A DNA stretch of 64,000 bases from a virus: IMG/VR virus record IMGVR_UViG_3300001605_000008, positions 1 through 64,000 of that record; one strand, given 5' to 3'. Shown in pieces: positions 7,558 to 17,566 of the stretch. How positions within the stretch are numbered: position 1 is the stretch's first letter; each line of letters starts with the position of its first letter. Made by a program: the position numbers and the translations under genes. Under the pieces are notes generated by a model. The model did no database searches and was not told where the DNA came from. It worked only from the letters and a program-made list of their open reading frames with translations.

Positions 7558-9873
7558 TTAGATCTTGCAACTGTCGCAGTCAACATCATCGCTTACTGCG
7601 GCCGTTTCGATTTCTAGTTTCTGTCCGTGCTTGATACCCAGTGCATCTATGTCAATCTCGCCCTGGCCGTCGTAGGTATTAAAATAATAAAGCTGCTTGG
7701 TGCCATACTTGTAACACATTATCAAATGTTTCAACATCTCAGACATTGGTATCTTTTCATCCTCATAGAACTGAGGATTGTACGATGTGTTCACAGAGAT
7801 ACCTTGATCAATATATTTTTGCAGCACTGCCATGATTTTTAGATAACCTTCGGGACTGCGCTGATCCCATAGCAGCTCATATTTGTTTTTGAGTCTACGA
7901 TATTCTGGCACCACTTGCTTGAGAGCACCGTCTTTTGATTGCTTGATTGAAACATAACTCCTGGGAGGTTCTACTCCATTGGTTGAGTTTGAGATCTGGG
8001 CCGATGTTTCTGCTGGCATGAGAGCCATGAGGGTGCTGTTACGGATGCCGCTGTTTCGTAGCAGTTCTCTCAGGCCCTGCCAATTCACGTGATCCTGATG
8101 TGGAACCAACTCATCCACCTCTGCCTTGTAGGTATCGACTGGCAATACACCATCATGATACCGGGTTTCGTTGCTTTTGGGGCAGGCACCTTGTTCCAAG
8201 GCCAGCTCAGCTGATGCTCGGATCAAATAATAACTCCAGTGCTGGGCCCAGACATCCACCACAGGAAGCGACGCGGGATCCGAATACGTTAAGTCGTTTT
8301 TGGCCAACCAGTAGGCAAAATTGATGATGCCTACGCCCAGGGGTCTGCGTGCTTCGGTGGCTTTGCGAGCTGCTAGGATCGGGTAGTCTTGATAAGAAAG
8401 CAATGCATCCAATCCTCTCACTGCCAAGGTACAGGCCTTTTCCATGTCCTCGGGATCCTTGAACACGCCCCAGTTGATAGCACTGAGTGTACACAGCGCT
8501 ATCTCACCGTCAGGATCGTTGACATCTGACAAAGGTTTGGTGGGCAAGTCAATCTCACAACAGAGGTTGCTCATGCGTATAGGTGCTAATTCTGGTTTGA
8601 ATGATCCATGAGAGTTGGCATGATCCACGTTCATGAGATACACACGTCCTGTGTTTTTACGCTCCTCCACGAACCGACTAAACAACTCCACGGCCTTGAT
8701 GGTTTTCTTGCGAAGCTTGGTGTTGCGTTCAGCACGTTCATACAACTCACGGAAACGATCCACATCAACAAAGAAAGCATCATACATCTCAGGAACGTCA
8801 TGCGGTGAGAACAGAGTGATATCACCGTTGGTCAGCAATCTTTCATACATGACTTTGTTGAATTGTACGCCATAGTCCATATGGCGTACACGGTTGTCTT
8901 CGGTGCCTTTGTTGTTTTTAAGAACCAAGAGATCTTCGACTTCTAAGTGCCACAAGGGATAATAAAGAGTGGCAGCACCATTGCGCACGCCTCCTTGGCT
9001 GCACGAGCGGGTTGCGGCCTGGAACATTTTATAGAAAGGCACTACGCCGGTATGATAGGCATCACCGTTACGGATAGGCGACCCCAGGGCACGGATGCGG
9101 CCAGCACCAATGCCGATACCGGCTTTTTGACTCACATATTTCACGATAGAACTTGCAGTAGCATTGATAGAATCCAAGCTGTCGTCACTTTCTATCAGCA
9201 CACAACTTGAGAATTGGCGTTGGGGGGTGCGCACACCCGCCATCACAGGAGTTGGTAAGGAAATCTGATGTGTAGAGATAGCGTCATAATAATCACGTAC
9301 CCACTGCAATCGTGTATCCCGCGGATACTTTGAAAACAGAGTAGCAGCGATCAATGCATAGGTGATCTGTGGAGTTTCATATAGTTCTTTTGTCACACGA
9401 TTTTGTACCAGATACTTGCCACGGAACTGTTCCATGGCAGCATAGGTCAGTTGTTCATCACGCTCGTGCCGTATAAATGAGTTGATACGATCCCACTCTT
9501 CTTCCGAATAATCTACCAGCAGGTCTCGATCATAAAATCCTGATTGTACATTTTGCTTGATTAAATCAATGATTGGCCAAGGCTGGAAGTCTCCGTATAC
9601 CTGCTTGCGTATGTGATAGCAGATCAATCTGCCAGCCACATACTGATAGTTGGGTGTTTCTTCTGAAATTAGATCTGCTGCAGATTTGATCAGAGTCTCT
9701 TGAATGTCTGCGGTTTTGATTCCATTGTAAAACTGTATGTGTGATTTGATTTCTACTTCGCTTGCGCTTACACCTGTGATGCCTTCTGTGGCCCAAAAAA
9801 CAACTCGATGTAATTTTTCAATGTCCAATGACTCACGCTGGCCATCGCGTTTTTGAACTTGTATCTGTGTCAT
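7558..9873 (-). CDS. nrdA: ribonucleotide reductase class Ia alpha subunit
   Basis: N-terminal ATP cone, SSCVLI, SNLCCEI, C-terminal CDSCKI. Confidence 0.98.
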   Translation of the reverse strand: MTQIQVQKRDGQRESLDIEKLHRVVFWATEGITGVSASEVEIKSHIQFYNGIKTADIQETLIKSAADLISEETPNYQYVAGRLICYHIRKQVYGDFQPWPIIDLIKQNVQSGFYDRDLLVDYSEEEWDRINSFIRHERDEQLTYAAMEQFRGKYLVQNRVTKELYETPQITYALIAATLFSKYPRDTRLQWVRDYYDAISTHQISLPTPVMAGVRTPQRQFSSCVLIESDDSLDSINATASSIVKYVSQKAGIGIGAGRIRALGSPIRNGDAYHTGVVPFYKMFQAATRSCSQGGVRNGAATLYYPLWHLEVEDLLVLKNNKGTEDNRVRHMDYGVQFNKVMYERLLTNGDITLFSPHDVPEMYDAFFVDVDRFRELYERAERNTKLRKKTIKAVELFSRFVEERKNTGRVYLMNVDHANSHGSFKPELAPIRMSNLCCEIDLPTKPLSDVNDPDGEIALCTLSAINWGVFKDPEDMEKACTLAVRGLDALLSYQDYPILAARKATEARRPLGVGIINFAYWLAKNDLTYSDPASLPVVDVWAQHWSYYLIRASAELALEQGACPKSNETRYHDGVLPVDTYKAEVDELVPHQDHVNWQGLRELLRNSGIRNSTLMALMPAETSAQISNSTNGVEPPRSYVSIKQSKDGALKQVVPEYRRLKNKYELLWDQRSPEGYLKIMAVLQKYIDQGISVNTSYNPQFYEDEKIPMSEMLKHLIMCYKYGTKQLYYFNTYDGQGEIDIDALGIKHGQKLEIETAAVSDDVDCDSCKI

Positions 9874-9876
9874 GCG

Positions 9877-10305
9877 TTACCCTAATAGATGTTGTAGTTT
9901 TGTACTGTCTATGCGTTTTTTTATAGTTATGTTTGCAGAGCGAATATTTAACAATTCCCCGGCCGTCCAATTCAATATATATTTTCCCGAGTTGACCTGG
10001 ACTAAATTGTCATCTTGGGTTTGAATCAAGGAAACTTCATGTATTTTTTTATGCTCCATTAACATAATAGTATACACTATTCCCAGAGCGCGAGCAAGCC
10101 CACAGAAAACATTGTCGGACAAAAGATCCCAGGGGTCAGGCCAGGTTTGAGAATCGTCCCAATGTAGATAATACGGCTGCCAAGGCGATTGTAGCCACCA
10201 ATCATTGATAGAGATCAGAGCTTGTTCGATTCCCTGACCACGGCATTGCTCACGCAGATCCGCCCACTGCAGCAGGCGATCCTGATAATTGGCGCACCAC
10301 ATCAA
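9877..10305 (-). CDS. hypothetical protein, possibly transglutaminase-like (BTLCP) cysteine protease fold
   Basis: WPDPWDLL...FCGLARALGIVYT resembles the W-x-x-P-x-E...C-x-x-x-A core of BTLCP; inference only. Confidence 0.4.
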   Translation of the reverse strand: MMWCANYQDRLLQWADLREQCRGQGIEQALISINDWWLQSPWQPYYLHWDDSQTWPDPWDLLSDNVFCGLARALGIVYTIMLMEHKKIHEVSLIQTQDDNLVQVNSGKYILNWTAGELLNIRSANITIKKRIDSTKLQHLLG

Positions 10306-11888
10306 GCCAGATGCGTAAGTGAGTAAGTCATGACTCCAGTTGAACCGGTATCGGTGGAAGAATATGATAATGTCACTATATCGCCCGATTCGGATGCTGC
10401 AAGTGTGATACCGGTATTGATTGATTCGGTATAGTCATCGGAGTACTGTATATCAGAGGTTGAATCGCCAGTACCGGGCACTATCACGATCCTGCCAGTG
10501 CGAACAGCCACATCACGAGTAATGGTATAATCCACAGATACCGCGCGAGTTTGCAGAGAATTGAATGTCAGAACCGGTTGCGTGGATACATTGTTTGAGA
10601 GAGACAAGGTACGTCCGTTTTCCCGGACGTATCGTCCCAGCTGTATCTGCGTACCGCCTTGGGCAGCAGCAGCATTTATTATCTGCACCCTGGGTACTTG
10701 GTTGGCAAAAGCATCAGATCTTTCAAACATGTCATTGGCACTGACATTGTTGTCTGTGCCAAATCTCACGCAAGGTGTCGTGGGATTGTTGACATCAAAT
10801 TCATTGCCTACGTTATAGAAAATATTATAGGCCGTGGCATTGAGGCTGACTTCGTCGTATATTATTCCTTCGGCATATACATCATCAAACATATTGCCCA
10901 CAGCACGGAATCCTGTGGCTCCACCATTGACCGGTGTGCCGGTACCTAGCACTATTCCTTGATACAGGGTATTGAAATTGCCATTGCTGACTGTGGTGCT
11001 TTGGATCTGTTGATCGGTTTTGATACCGTAGGTGGTACCAGTGAAACGGCATTTATCAAAGGTGATCTGATTGCAAACCAAACTCACAGTGCTGTCAAAT
11101 CTCACACCTGCGATGTCCGCAGCGGCTAGGTCTGATATGATATCGCTTTGTGTCTAAAGGTCCACGGAAATTACACCGAATCAAAGTAACAATTGTGTGG
11201 CATCTTCTACCAGCATCACATCAATGAGGTCTGCGGTCTGGAAAGTCATGGAAGATATTTCGATATTGCGTGGTGCAGTGGCACCATTGTTTCCGATGTT
11301 GATGCCGATCTGTTGTAGGCTGTCGGCGGTGCGTGCCACATAAGCCGATGCCGAGCTGTCTGTGGTAGAGAACAATATGATCGAGCAGTCAGCACCTTCA
11401 CCCACTAGCTTGGCATAGGTCGGTATCAGTACAGAATCTGTCACACGATACACACCTGCTGGAAAATAAAGGGCCCGGCGTATCTGTGGGTTGGACTGCA
11501 CACAGTACAGCTGAAATAAAGCACGATTAATGGCGTCGGTGTCATCAGCGATGCCGTTACCAACAGCGCCAAAATCTCTAACTGAAGCGAAATCATCCAG
11601 TTTGGCCTGGATGGTGCGAACCACAGGTTCTGATGGGGTGGGACCGGTCTGCGCTGCATAGCCCACCGCGACATCCGCGTAGGTGTAAGTGGCCACATCC
11701 AGGACATCGGAAAACTCAGTGAGTATTTCAGTGTTGCCTATCACCGGTGCACCATCTTCTATGGTGCCATTGCCAATGAACAACCTGCGACTGTCTGTGG
11801 CCCAGCCCAGCTCTGCCCCAGCTAATTGGGGCAAATTCTCAGTGAGACCTTTGCGATTGGTTATACGGGATACTTGTACTATGGCCAC
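10302..11888 (-). CDS. tail fibre/spike-like protein with pectate-lyase-type beta-helix (split by indels near 11154-11192)
   Basis: SVRDFGAVGNGIADDTDAINRA...LYFPAGVY motif; ORFs 11181..11888 and 10302..11105 share one frame, separated by TGA and TAG inside a short patch explained by three 1-nt insertions. Confidence 0.75.
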
Positions 11889-11912
11889 TTGATCTATCCT
11901 TGTTTGATCGAG

Positions 11913-11919
11913 TATTTAT
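11913..11919 (-). promoter_or_regulatory. T4-type late promoter
   Basis: ATAAATA upstream of a structural gene start. Confidence 0.6.
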
Positions 11920-12629
11920 GCGGTCATGTAGTACTGCTCAAGTCGCTGCCACCACTGCTGTTCCCAGTGATCAAACTCCTGGGGCGCCAAGTGGAATTCT
12001 TGATATTCTGGGGGTTTTGTGATATTGTGTTGATCATCCATTTCAGGACGCACACACATCAAGATTACCCCTTTGCGTATGCGGGTACCGTGTACCTCGT
12101 TGTGAGCCAGGGCATAGGCCACCAGCTGTAGCTTGTAGTCAGCTATCCACTCTTCTCGCTTGGGCCGGTTTGTTTGCTTGTAATCCAGGATAGATTCCTC
12201 CCCTAGGTGTATGCCCGCGCCATCTGTGGTACCAGCATAAAGACTGGGAAAATACAAGGGCATTTCCACGCCCCAGACTTCTGTGACGTTTTTTAAACCC
12301 TGGTCTATCACTACCTGTGCCATGGCATGGCTGGCCCAGGAAAACGGATTGCTACCTCGCTCGGGGATTTTGCCAGTTTTTACATACTGTTCGAGATAGG
12401 TATGCATACGGGTACCACGATTGGCGGCTTCCGTGGTGATCTGCTGGGCTTTTTCTGTGCCTACTCGTTTTTTCCATGCAGCCAGAGCCAGTCGACTTTC
12501 CTCGGGCTTGGTACGATCCAGCACCGTGGTCACGGATGGTAGTTTCTTCCCATCAGGAGTATTGTATAGTCGTTGCCCGTTTTCAGACACACGATCTATA
12601 GGCGAATAAGAATATTTAGGAGTTATCAT
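11916..12629 (-). CDS. PD-(D/E)xK exonuclease (Cas4/RecB-like)
   Basis: LPSVTTVL, RGTRMH, YAGTTD...LDYKQT, Y-x-LQL-x-AYA motifs. Confidence 0.85.
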   Translation of the reverse strand: MITPKYSYSPIDRVSENGQRLYNTPDGKKLPSVTTVLDRTKPEESRLALAAWKKRVGTEKAQQITTEAANRGTRMHTYLEQYVKTGKIPERGSNPFSWASHAMAQVVIDQGLKNVTEVWGVEMPLYFPSLYAGTTDGAGIHLGEESILDYKQTNRPKREEWIADYKLQLVAYALAHNEVHGTRIRKGVILMCVRPEMDDQHNITKPPEYQEFHLAPQEFDHWEQQWWQRLEQYYMTA

Positions 12630-12668
12630 AAGTTTTTAAATACTACACTAATTTATACTGGAATGTCA

Positions 12669-13430
12669 ATGAAAACATTGGTATCGGGTTGTAGTTTTAC
12701 CCATTGGCCTGCTGAACCCGGCAGTGATCGGAACATCTGCTGGCCAGCTCAGCTGCAAAAAATCAGGCCCGATCTTGACATAGACAATCGTGCCGAACCA
12801 GCAGCAGGTAACCAATATATCACCAACAGTGTGGTCCGAGCTGTTTGCGATCATCCAGGTCGTTATGATCTAGTGCTGGTGATGTGGTCGGGAGTGAGCC
12901 GACTGGATTTTCTAACTGATGTGTCAGATCCTGCCTGGAACAGCATGTTTGATGAATATGGGTTTTATCGTCGTGTAGAATCCTGCCCCAATACCTTGGG
13001 ATATATTTTCTCTGGAGGACAGATGGGCCCTTGGTTGCAAAATCCCGGGGCGGCTAGAGATGTCTTTACTTCACTTTATCGAGTCAGCAGCAATCTCAGT
13101 CTAGCACACCACAACATCATCGAAATGATCAAATGCCAGGAGTTTTTAAAAGCTCGACAGATCCCTTATAGGTTCATGAGCTATGTAAACTACTGGACCA
13201 GTCAAGGATACATGAGTCCCAATGGTGATTTTGGTGTCATGGCGTTTCCCGAGCTGCGATCATTAATTAGGCAAATAGATTTCTCACAGTGGATCTTTTC
13301 CGACGACGAAAAAAATGGAATTTACGAAATGGCCAAATCTGTAACAGACTATCACGGTGACAAGTTCCATCCCGGCGAAAAAACCCACGCGGTCTGGGCC
13401 AATCTAGTCAGTCAGCACTTGCCTGTTTGA
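12669..13430 (+). CDS. SGNH-hydrolase-like protein
   Basis: N-terminal SGCSFT (block I) and C-terminal DKFHPG (block V); start adjusted to MKTLVSG. Confidence 0.6.
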   Translation: MKTLVSGCSFTHWPAEPGSDRNICWPAQLQKIRPDLDIDNRAEPAAGNQYITNSVVRAVCDHPGRYDLVLVMWSGVSRLDFLTDVSDPAWNSMFDEYGFYRRVESCPNTLGYIFSGGQMGPWLQNPGAARDVFTSLYRVSSNLSLAHHNIIEMIKCQEFLKARQIPYRFMSYVNYWTSQGYMSPNGDFGVMAFPELRSLIRQIDFSQWIFSDDEKNGIYEMAKSVTDYHGDKFHPGEKTHAVWANLVSQHLPV

Positions 13431-14490
13431 TCGCTTGAGAAATGCGGTTTGTAGTGAGTCTCGTCCAGTCTGCTTGCATGATCATGGCATGATTGTGTTC
13501 CAACACTGGCTGTATCTTTTTTAAAACATCTTGCTGATCCTGTTCGCAGAGATAGCGCACTTGATCAAACGCTGATTGATATCGTTCTCGGCTGTTGAAG
13601 ATCTCATCATAGCTTTCATCGATCACAGAACCAAAGGTCTGGAATCCCAGCTCGTGCAGATTCTTCAAGAAACGATATCCCGTGAATGCCACAAACAATC
13701 TCCGAGCGATCAAGGGTTTGGCTGTTTTTTCACTGAAAAAACTCAGGCTGTTGTCGGCATCTGTTTCGGCAACAATGCTGTAGGCAGTTTGATTGTAAAC
13801 ATCCACGGGCATGACCTGGCTGAGATGGCATTGGTGACCCTGATACCGCACCCAATCGCAGGTACCAATCAGCGGATCGATCAGTTCAGTGCCTGGTTCA
13901 AATATAAAATAATCCTGTGCATAGAATGTCCGGTTATCCCATTTCCCCCCATAGGTCAGCTGGAATTTTTCTTGTAATCCGTGTTCCTCCACAGCATCTC
14001 TCACAAAGCTCCTGTGTGGTTTTGGACTGCCCAACAATGCATCAAAATATTGTGGTTTGGTATCATAGGGTCGTAATCTTGACAGAGTGTCCGGCAATTG
14101 GCGATAGAGATTGGCTGTGGTTTTTAACCAGTCTTGCCAGGGAATGATGTAGGGCCTAAAATCATCTCGGTCATTCACAGTACCGGGTTGGCACCAACGA
14201 ACATTGGGCTTGTGACAAAACCCCCAGATGCTCCAGTGGAACTGATGTAACTCACTTTCGATCACGAACACAAGATCGCTGATGTCAGACAACGTCTGCA
14301 TCTTGTGTTCAAACTGCATGTCGGCATCGTGCTCTACATGTAGTCGATGAGCTGTGAATGCTATACGACGGTCTGCTGATTGATTTTGATATTCTTTTAG
14401 AGAATGGCAGACATGAATCGTATCATCAAAATCTATCTCAGGAATCCACTCTCGATCAATGATCGGACTGTCACTATAAACAACGATCAT
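13408..14490 (-). CDS. glycosyltransferase-like hypothetical protein
   Basis: C-terminal YSIVAET...FFSEKTAKPL...GFQTF...DESYD domain; paralogous to the next ORF. Confidence 0.45.
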   Translation of the reverse strand: MIVVYSDSPIIDREWIPEIDFDDTIHVCHSLKEYQNQSADRRIAFTAHRLHVEHDADMQFEHKMQTLSDISDLVFVIESELHQFHWSIWGFCHKPNVRWCQPGTVNDRDDFRPYIIPWQDWLKTTANLYRQLPDTLSRLRPYDTKPQYFDALLGSPKPHRSFVRDAVEEHGLQEKFQLTYGGKWDNRTFYAQDYFIFEPGTELIDPLIGTCDWVRYQGHQCHLSQVMPVDVYNQTAYSIVAETDADNSLSFFSEKTAKPLIARRLFVAFTGYRFLKNLHELGFQTFGSVIDESYDEIFNSRERYQSAFDQVRYLCEQDQQDVLKKIQPVLEHNHAMIMQADWTRLTTNRISQAIKQASAD

Positions 14491-15446
14491 TGCAAAATAT
14501 CATAAGGTTTATTTTCCAACATGTTATAATTATGATCAATGGTTTCTTGATTTCCAATAAACCAATCATGTATATCTGTCTGAGTCTTTTCAAAGATCAA
14601 TGTCAAGCAGTTTAGATATCCTTGGAATCTTTTTTCATCATCTTTTTCACAATCCCAGGTTAAATCAACTCCTTGTGGCAATTTCCACCCATCATTTTCT
14701 AAGCATTGATAAAAATCTCGAGGACCAAAATTCAACACTATCCTACCACGCACAAGATGTTCGTAGGTTTTTTCTGTAAATATCACCGAGTCGATACCCA
14801 GATGCTGAGATTCTACCTGGCAACTAACATAGCTGTTATTAAAAAAAACTTGCGAAGGTGGCACCATGGTGCCTTGAATCACCACGGTATCTGGTACATA
14901 TTCATTGCTGATAATTTTACCGGAGCTGACATTACTGAGATATCCGTCATATGATCCTAAAAACTCGATAAGTTTTTTTCTGTAAGGGGTAATGCTTCGA
15001 TTAAGGCTCAGATATTTTTTAATCCGTGGGGTATAATGAATAGGCGATCTTAGATAGGATCGATAATCGCTCACTTGTTTCCATCCCGGAGTACTATCTA
15101 GTACAGCAGACTTTACCACATTCCAGATGTAATCATATCGATAGCAGATGATGCCAGGTATTTGTTTAGCATTGGTAGTCAGCCAGACTGTGGGATATCT
15201 TATTGAAGTTTTGTATACTGTTTCTATAGTGTGTTGAGAAAACCTTGAAGGTGCATGAAAAAAATCATAAAACAGAACTTTTTTCACGCCGTGAAATATT
15301 GGATGATCGAAGTTTATAGAAAAAACTGAATTAATGTCTATCCAAAGCTCTGGAGATATATCACACTGTGAAATATTCAACCCAGGTTGAATATTTCCTA
15401 AAATGTTGGGATCACTGCCAGGATGTAATCGGATTTGTCTGACCAT
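14487..15446 (-). CDS. glycosyltransferase-like hypothetical protein (paralog)
   Basis: YVSCQVES...IFTEKTYEHL motif shared with 13408..14490. Confidence 0.45.
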   Translation of the reverse strand: MVRQIRLHPGSDPNILGNIQPGLNISQCDISPELWIDINSVFSINFDHPIFHGVKKVLFYDFFHAPSRFSQHTIETVYKTSIRYPTVWLTTNAKQIPGIICYRYDYIWNVVKSAVLDSTPGWKQVSDYRSYLRSPIHYTPRIKKYLSLNRSITPYRKKLIEFLGSYDGYLSNVSSGKIISNEYVPDTVVIQGTMVPPSQVFFNNSYVSCQVESQHLGIDSVIFTEKTYEHLVRGRIVLNFGPRDFYQCLENDGWKLPQGVDLTWDCEKDDEKRFQGYLNCLTLIFEKTQTDIHDWFIGNQETIDHNYNMLENKPYDILQ

Positions 15447-15470
15447 TGATACCTTTTCAGATCCCGCGAT

Positions 15471-15794
15471 CTAAATTCGGAAACTTTCTCCACAGCCGCA
15501 GCGATCTTTTTCATTGGAGTTGATGAATTCAAATCCTTCATTGAGTCCACGCTTGAGATAATCAATGGTCATGCCGTTGAGATAAGCTAGATGTTTGGGA
15601 TCCACGAATACTCTCACACCTTTGTCGTCATAGTGTGTGACACAATGCAGGTTGGGATTGTCCACATACTCCAAGGTGTAGGCTAGGCCCGAACATCCTG
15701 TGGTGCGCACACCTACTTGGATGCCCAGCCCTCGACCACGCTTTTGTATGGAGAGCTTGATTTTTTCTGCGGCTGTGTCTGTGACTGTGATCAT
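15471..15794 (-). CDS. iscA: iron-sulfur cluster assembly A-type carrier IscA
   Basis: TTGCSGLAY and C-terminal RCGCGESF signature. Confidence 0.95.
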   Translation of the reverse strand: MITVTDTAAEKIKLSIQKRGRGLGIQVGVRTTGCSGLAYTLEYVDNPNLHCVTHYDDKGVRVFVDPKHLAYLNGMTIDYLKRGLNEGFEFINSNEKDRCGCGESFRI

Positions 15795-16183
15795 GCTGCT
15801 GCTAAATGATGTTTTTTCTGATAGTCTTCGATCGCTGCTTTGATTGCATCTTCCGCAAGGATCGAACAGTGGATTTTCACTGGTGGAAGAGCAAGTTCTT
15901 GAGCGATCTGGGTATTCTTGATCTCACCTGCCTGCTCCAGTGTACGACCTTTGAGCCATTCTGTAGCAAGAGAACTACTAGCGATGGCGCTGCCACAGCC
16001 GTATGTTTTGAAACGAGCGTCAGTGATAATACCTTGTTCGTCGACCTTGATTTGAAGTTTCATGACATCACCGCAGGCAGGCGCACCCACCATGCCGGTG
16101 CCCACCGAACTGTCAGTCTTATCAAATGATCCCACATTGCGGGGATTTTCATAATGCTCAATGACACGATCACTATAGGCCAT
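15791..16183 (-). CDS. iscU: Fe-S cluster scaffold IscU
   Basis: HYENPRNVG, GAPACGDVM, GCGSAIASSS, LPPVKIHCSILAEDA. Confidence 0.97.
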   Translation of the reverse strand: MAYSDRVIEHYENPRNVGSFDKTDSSVGTGMVGAPACGDVMKLQIKVDEQGIITDARFKTYGCGSAIASSSLATEWLKGRTLEQAGEIKNTQIAQELALPPVKIHCSILAEDAIKAAIEDYQKKHHLAAA

Positions 16184-16212
16184 GATTTAATACTCCTTGA
16201 TGATTGTTTAGT

Positions 16213-16332
16213 TTACTTGGATTTTTTGAAAAAGTCAACAGCGCGAGCCTGTATGGTCTTTGCCCACCAGGGTTGTGGGAAGTTCCAACCTACAAAAGCA
16301 CCAATAGCTATCCAAAATAAGATTTCTAACAT
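16213..16332 (-). CDS. small membrane protein, 39 aa
   Basis: Manual translation MLEILFWIAIGAFVGWNFPQPWWAKTIQARAVDFFKKSK; fills the gap; one hydrophobic segment. Confidence 0.65.
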   Translation of the reverse strand: MLEILFWIAIGAFVGWNFPQPWWAKTIQARAVDFFKKSK

Positions 16333-16333
16333 G

Positions 16334-16690
16334 TTAGATTCCTTTCTTCGCTGCTCGTTTGGCCATGTTGTCCACAGTGGCCTGTGCCTGATCCGGTGTC
16401 ATGGCATCTTCTCCGGCCCCTACTTCAGCACCACGGAATACCACTTCTCCACCACCGTTGTTGTCGCCAGTTACATCAGCGATGATGTTGTTTAGTGGAG
16501 GTTGTTGGATCATGTTCTTGAGCTGCTCGGCAGTCAGGCTGATGCCTTGGTCCCGAGCCAGTTTGATAAACGTATCAGTGCTGATGGTTTTTTGGGCACC
16601 GGTATCCAGAGCACGGCCCAGGAGAAACTGGCTCATGGCTGCAATACGTTCAGCATCCGAATTGGAACCAGCTACTTCATATATTAACAT
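16334..16690 (-). CDS. hypothetical protein, probable head-associated
   Basis: 118 aa; begins MLIYE, a gp21-type motif. Confidence 0.6.
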   Translation of the reverse strand: MLIYEVAGSNSDAERIAAMSQFLLGRALDTGAQKTISTDTFIKLARDQGISLTAEQLKNMIQQPPLNNIIADVTGDNNGGGEVVFRGAEVGAGEDAMTPDQAQATVDNMAKRAAKKGI

Positions 16691-17566
16691 TTATCGACGT
16701 TCCCTGCCCAGGCTCACCGCAGCAAGCTCGTCATCTTCTTCGTCGTTGGGTGCTGCGATTTCAGCATCCACATCTAGATCTGCCACATCTGTATCTCCAG
16801 CTGCGGCCATGGGATCCACGCCGGTGTCACCCATCGTATCTCCGCCAGGCACCACAGGTGCTTGTCCTGTGAGCACGCCTTGTGCTGCTTCTAGTTCGGT
16901 TTTGCCGGCCTGCATGGCCTGTAACAGTGTGGTCAGTGCCGTGGCGGCTTGGGTCTGAAACTGTTGGCTCTGTTCCACTCCCATGTCATTCTTGATGGAA
17001 TCTGTGAGAGCCGGGAGATCTTTGAACTGCATTTCAGAAACATCTTCCAGCATGCCTTGCACTCGATCAATCATGTCCTTGGCTGCCAGCACTACCTGCG
17101 CTGTTTGGATTTCGCTTTCGCGGACCATGCGCTTGACTTTTTTAGCTTCTTTGGCCAGGGCGATCTTGTTCATGGTCTGCTGTTCGTCAGCTGTGAGTGC
17201 TTGCCCACGCTTGACCTTGTCCATGACTGTTTTGGTCTTGGGATCCGCGACCACTGCTGTGGTTTGTGCAGGAGTAGAGGTTGCCATAGCGCCGGAACTA
17301 GTAGCACCAACACTGGCTTGTTCCTGGATCCGGGCGGTTAGTGCCTGTTCCATCATCACCAGTTTTAGATAGTCTGGATTGCGTTCACTATAGTGGCGGC
17401 TGGGAGAAGCTCTGTGCTCTCGAATTAGGCCTCGTACTCGATCCAGCATTTTCCTGGCCTGGGCGGCTGTGATGCGATCAACATCGATCCTGCCACCGAG
17501 ATGGCTTTCAAATACTTTAGCGACTTGTTCTGTGGGGCGTTGGGCGCCCAGTTCGTGCAGTTTCAT
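16691..17566 (-). CDS. putative prohead core/internal protein
   Basis: 291 aa helical with an acidic tail; IQE-A and VRE-S gp21-like sites. Confidence 0.5.
   Translation of the reverse strand: MKLHELGAQRPTEQVAKVFESHLGGRIDVDRITAAQARKMLDRVRGLIREHRASPSRHYSERNPDYLKLVMMEQALTARIQEQASVGATSSGAMATSTPAQTTAVVADPKTKTVMDKVKRGQALTADEQQTMNKIALAKEAKKVKRMVRESEIQTAQVVLAAKDMIDRVQGMLEDVSEMQFKDLPALTDSIKNDMGVEQSQQFQTQAATALTTLLQAMQAGKTELEAAQGVLTGQAPVVPGGDTMGDTGVDPMAAAGDTDVADLDVDAEIAAPNDEEDDELAAVSLGRERR

Noticed and set aside
6409-9873. Intron or intein in nrdA/nrdB
   Set aside because: Both ORFs are continuous and of standard class Ia length.
11154-11183. Stop-codon reassignment or readthrough (in-frame TGA and TAG in the fibre gene)
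   Set aside because: TGA and TAG both end normal genes elsewhere in the window (e.g. TAG at 45337 and 29780; many ATGA overlaps), and three 1-nt insertions explain the patch.
10302-11888. Diversity-generating retroelement targeting the fibre gene
   Set aside because: No reverse transcriptase and no adenine-variable template/variable repeat pair seen in the window.
11916-12629. Cas4-like nuclease as part of a CRISPR system
   Set aside because: No repeat-spacer array or other cas genes seen; this nuclease type is a common T4-like gene.
15471-16183. iscU/iscA as host contamination or a chimeric join
   Set aside because: Co-oriented and closely packed among phage genes; iscS, iscR and hscBA of a host operon are absent.
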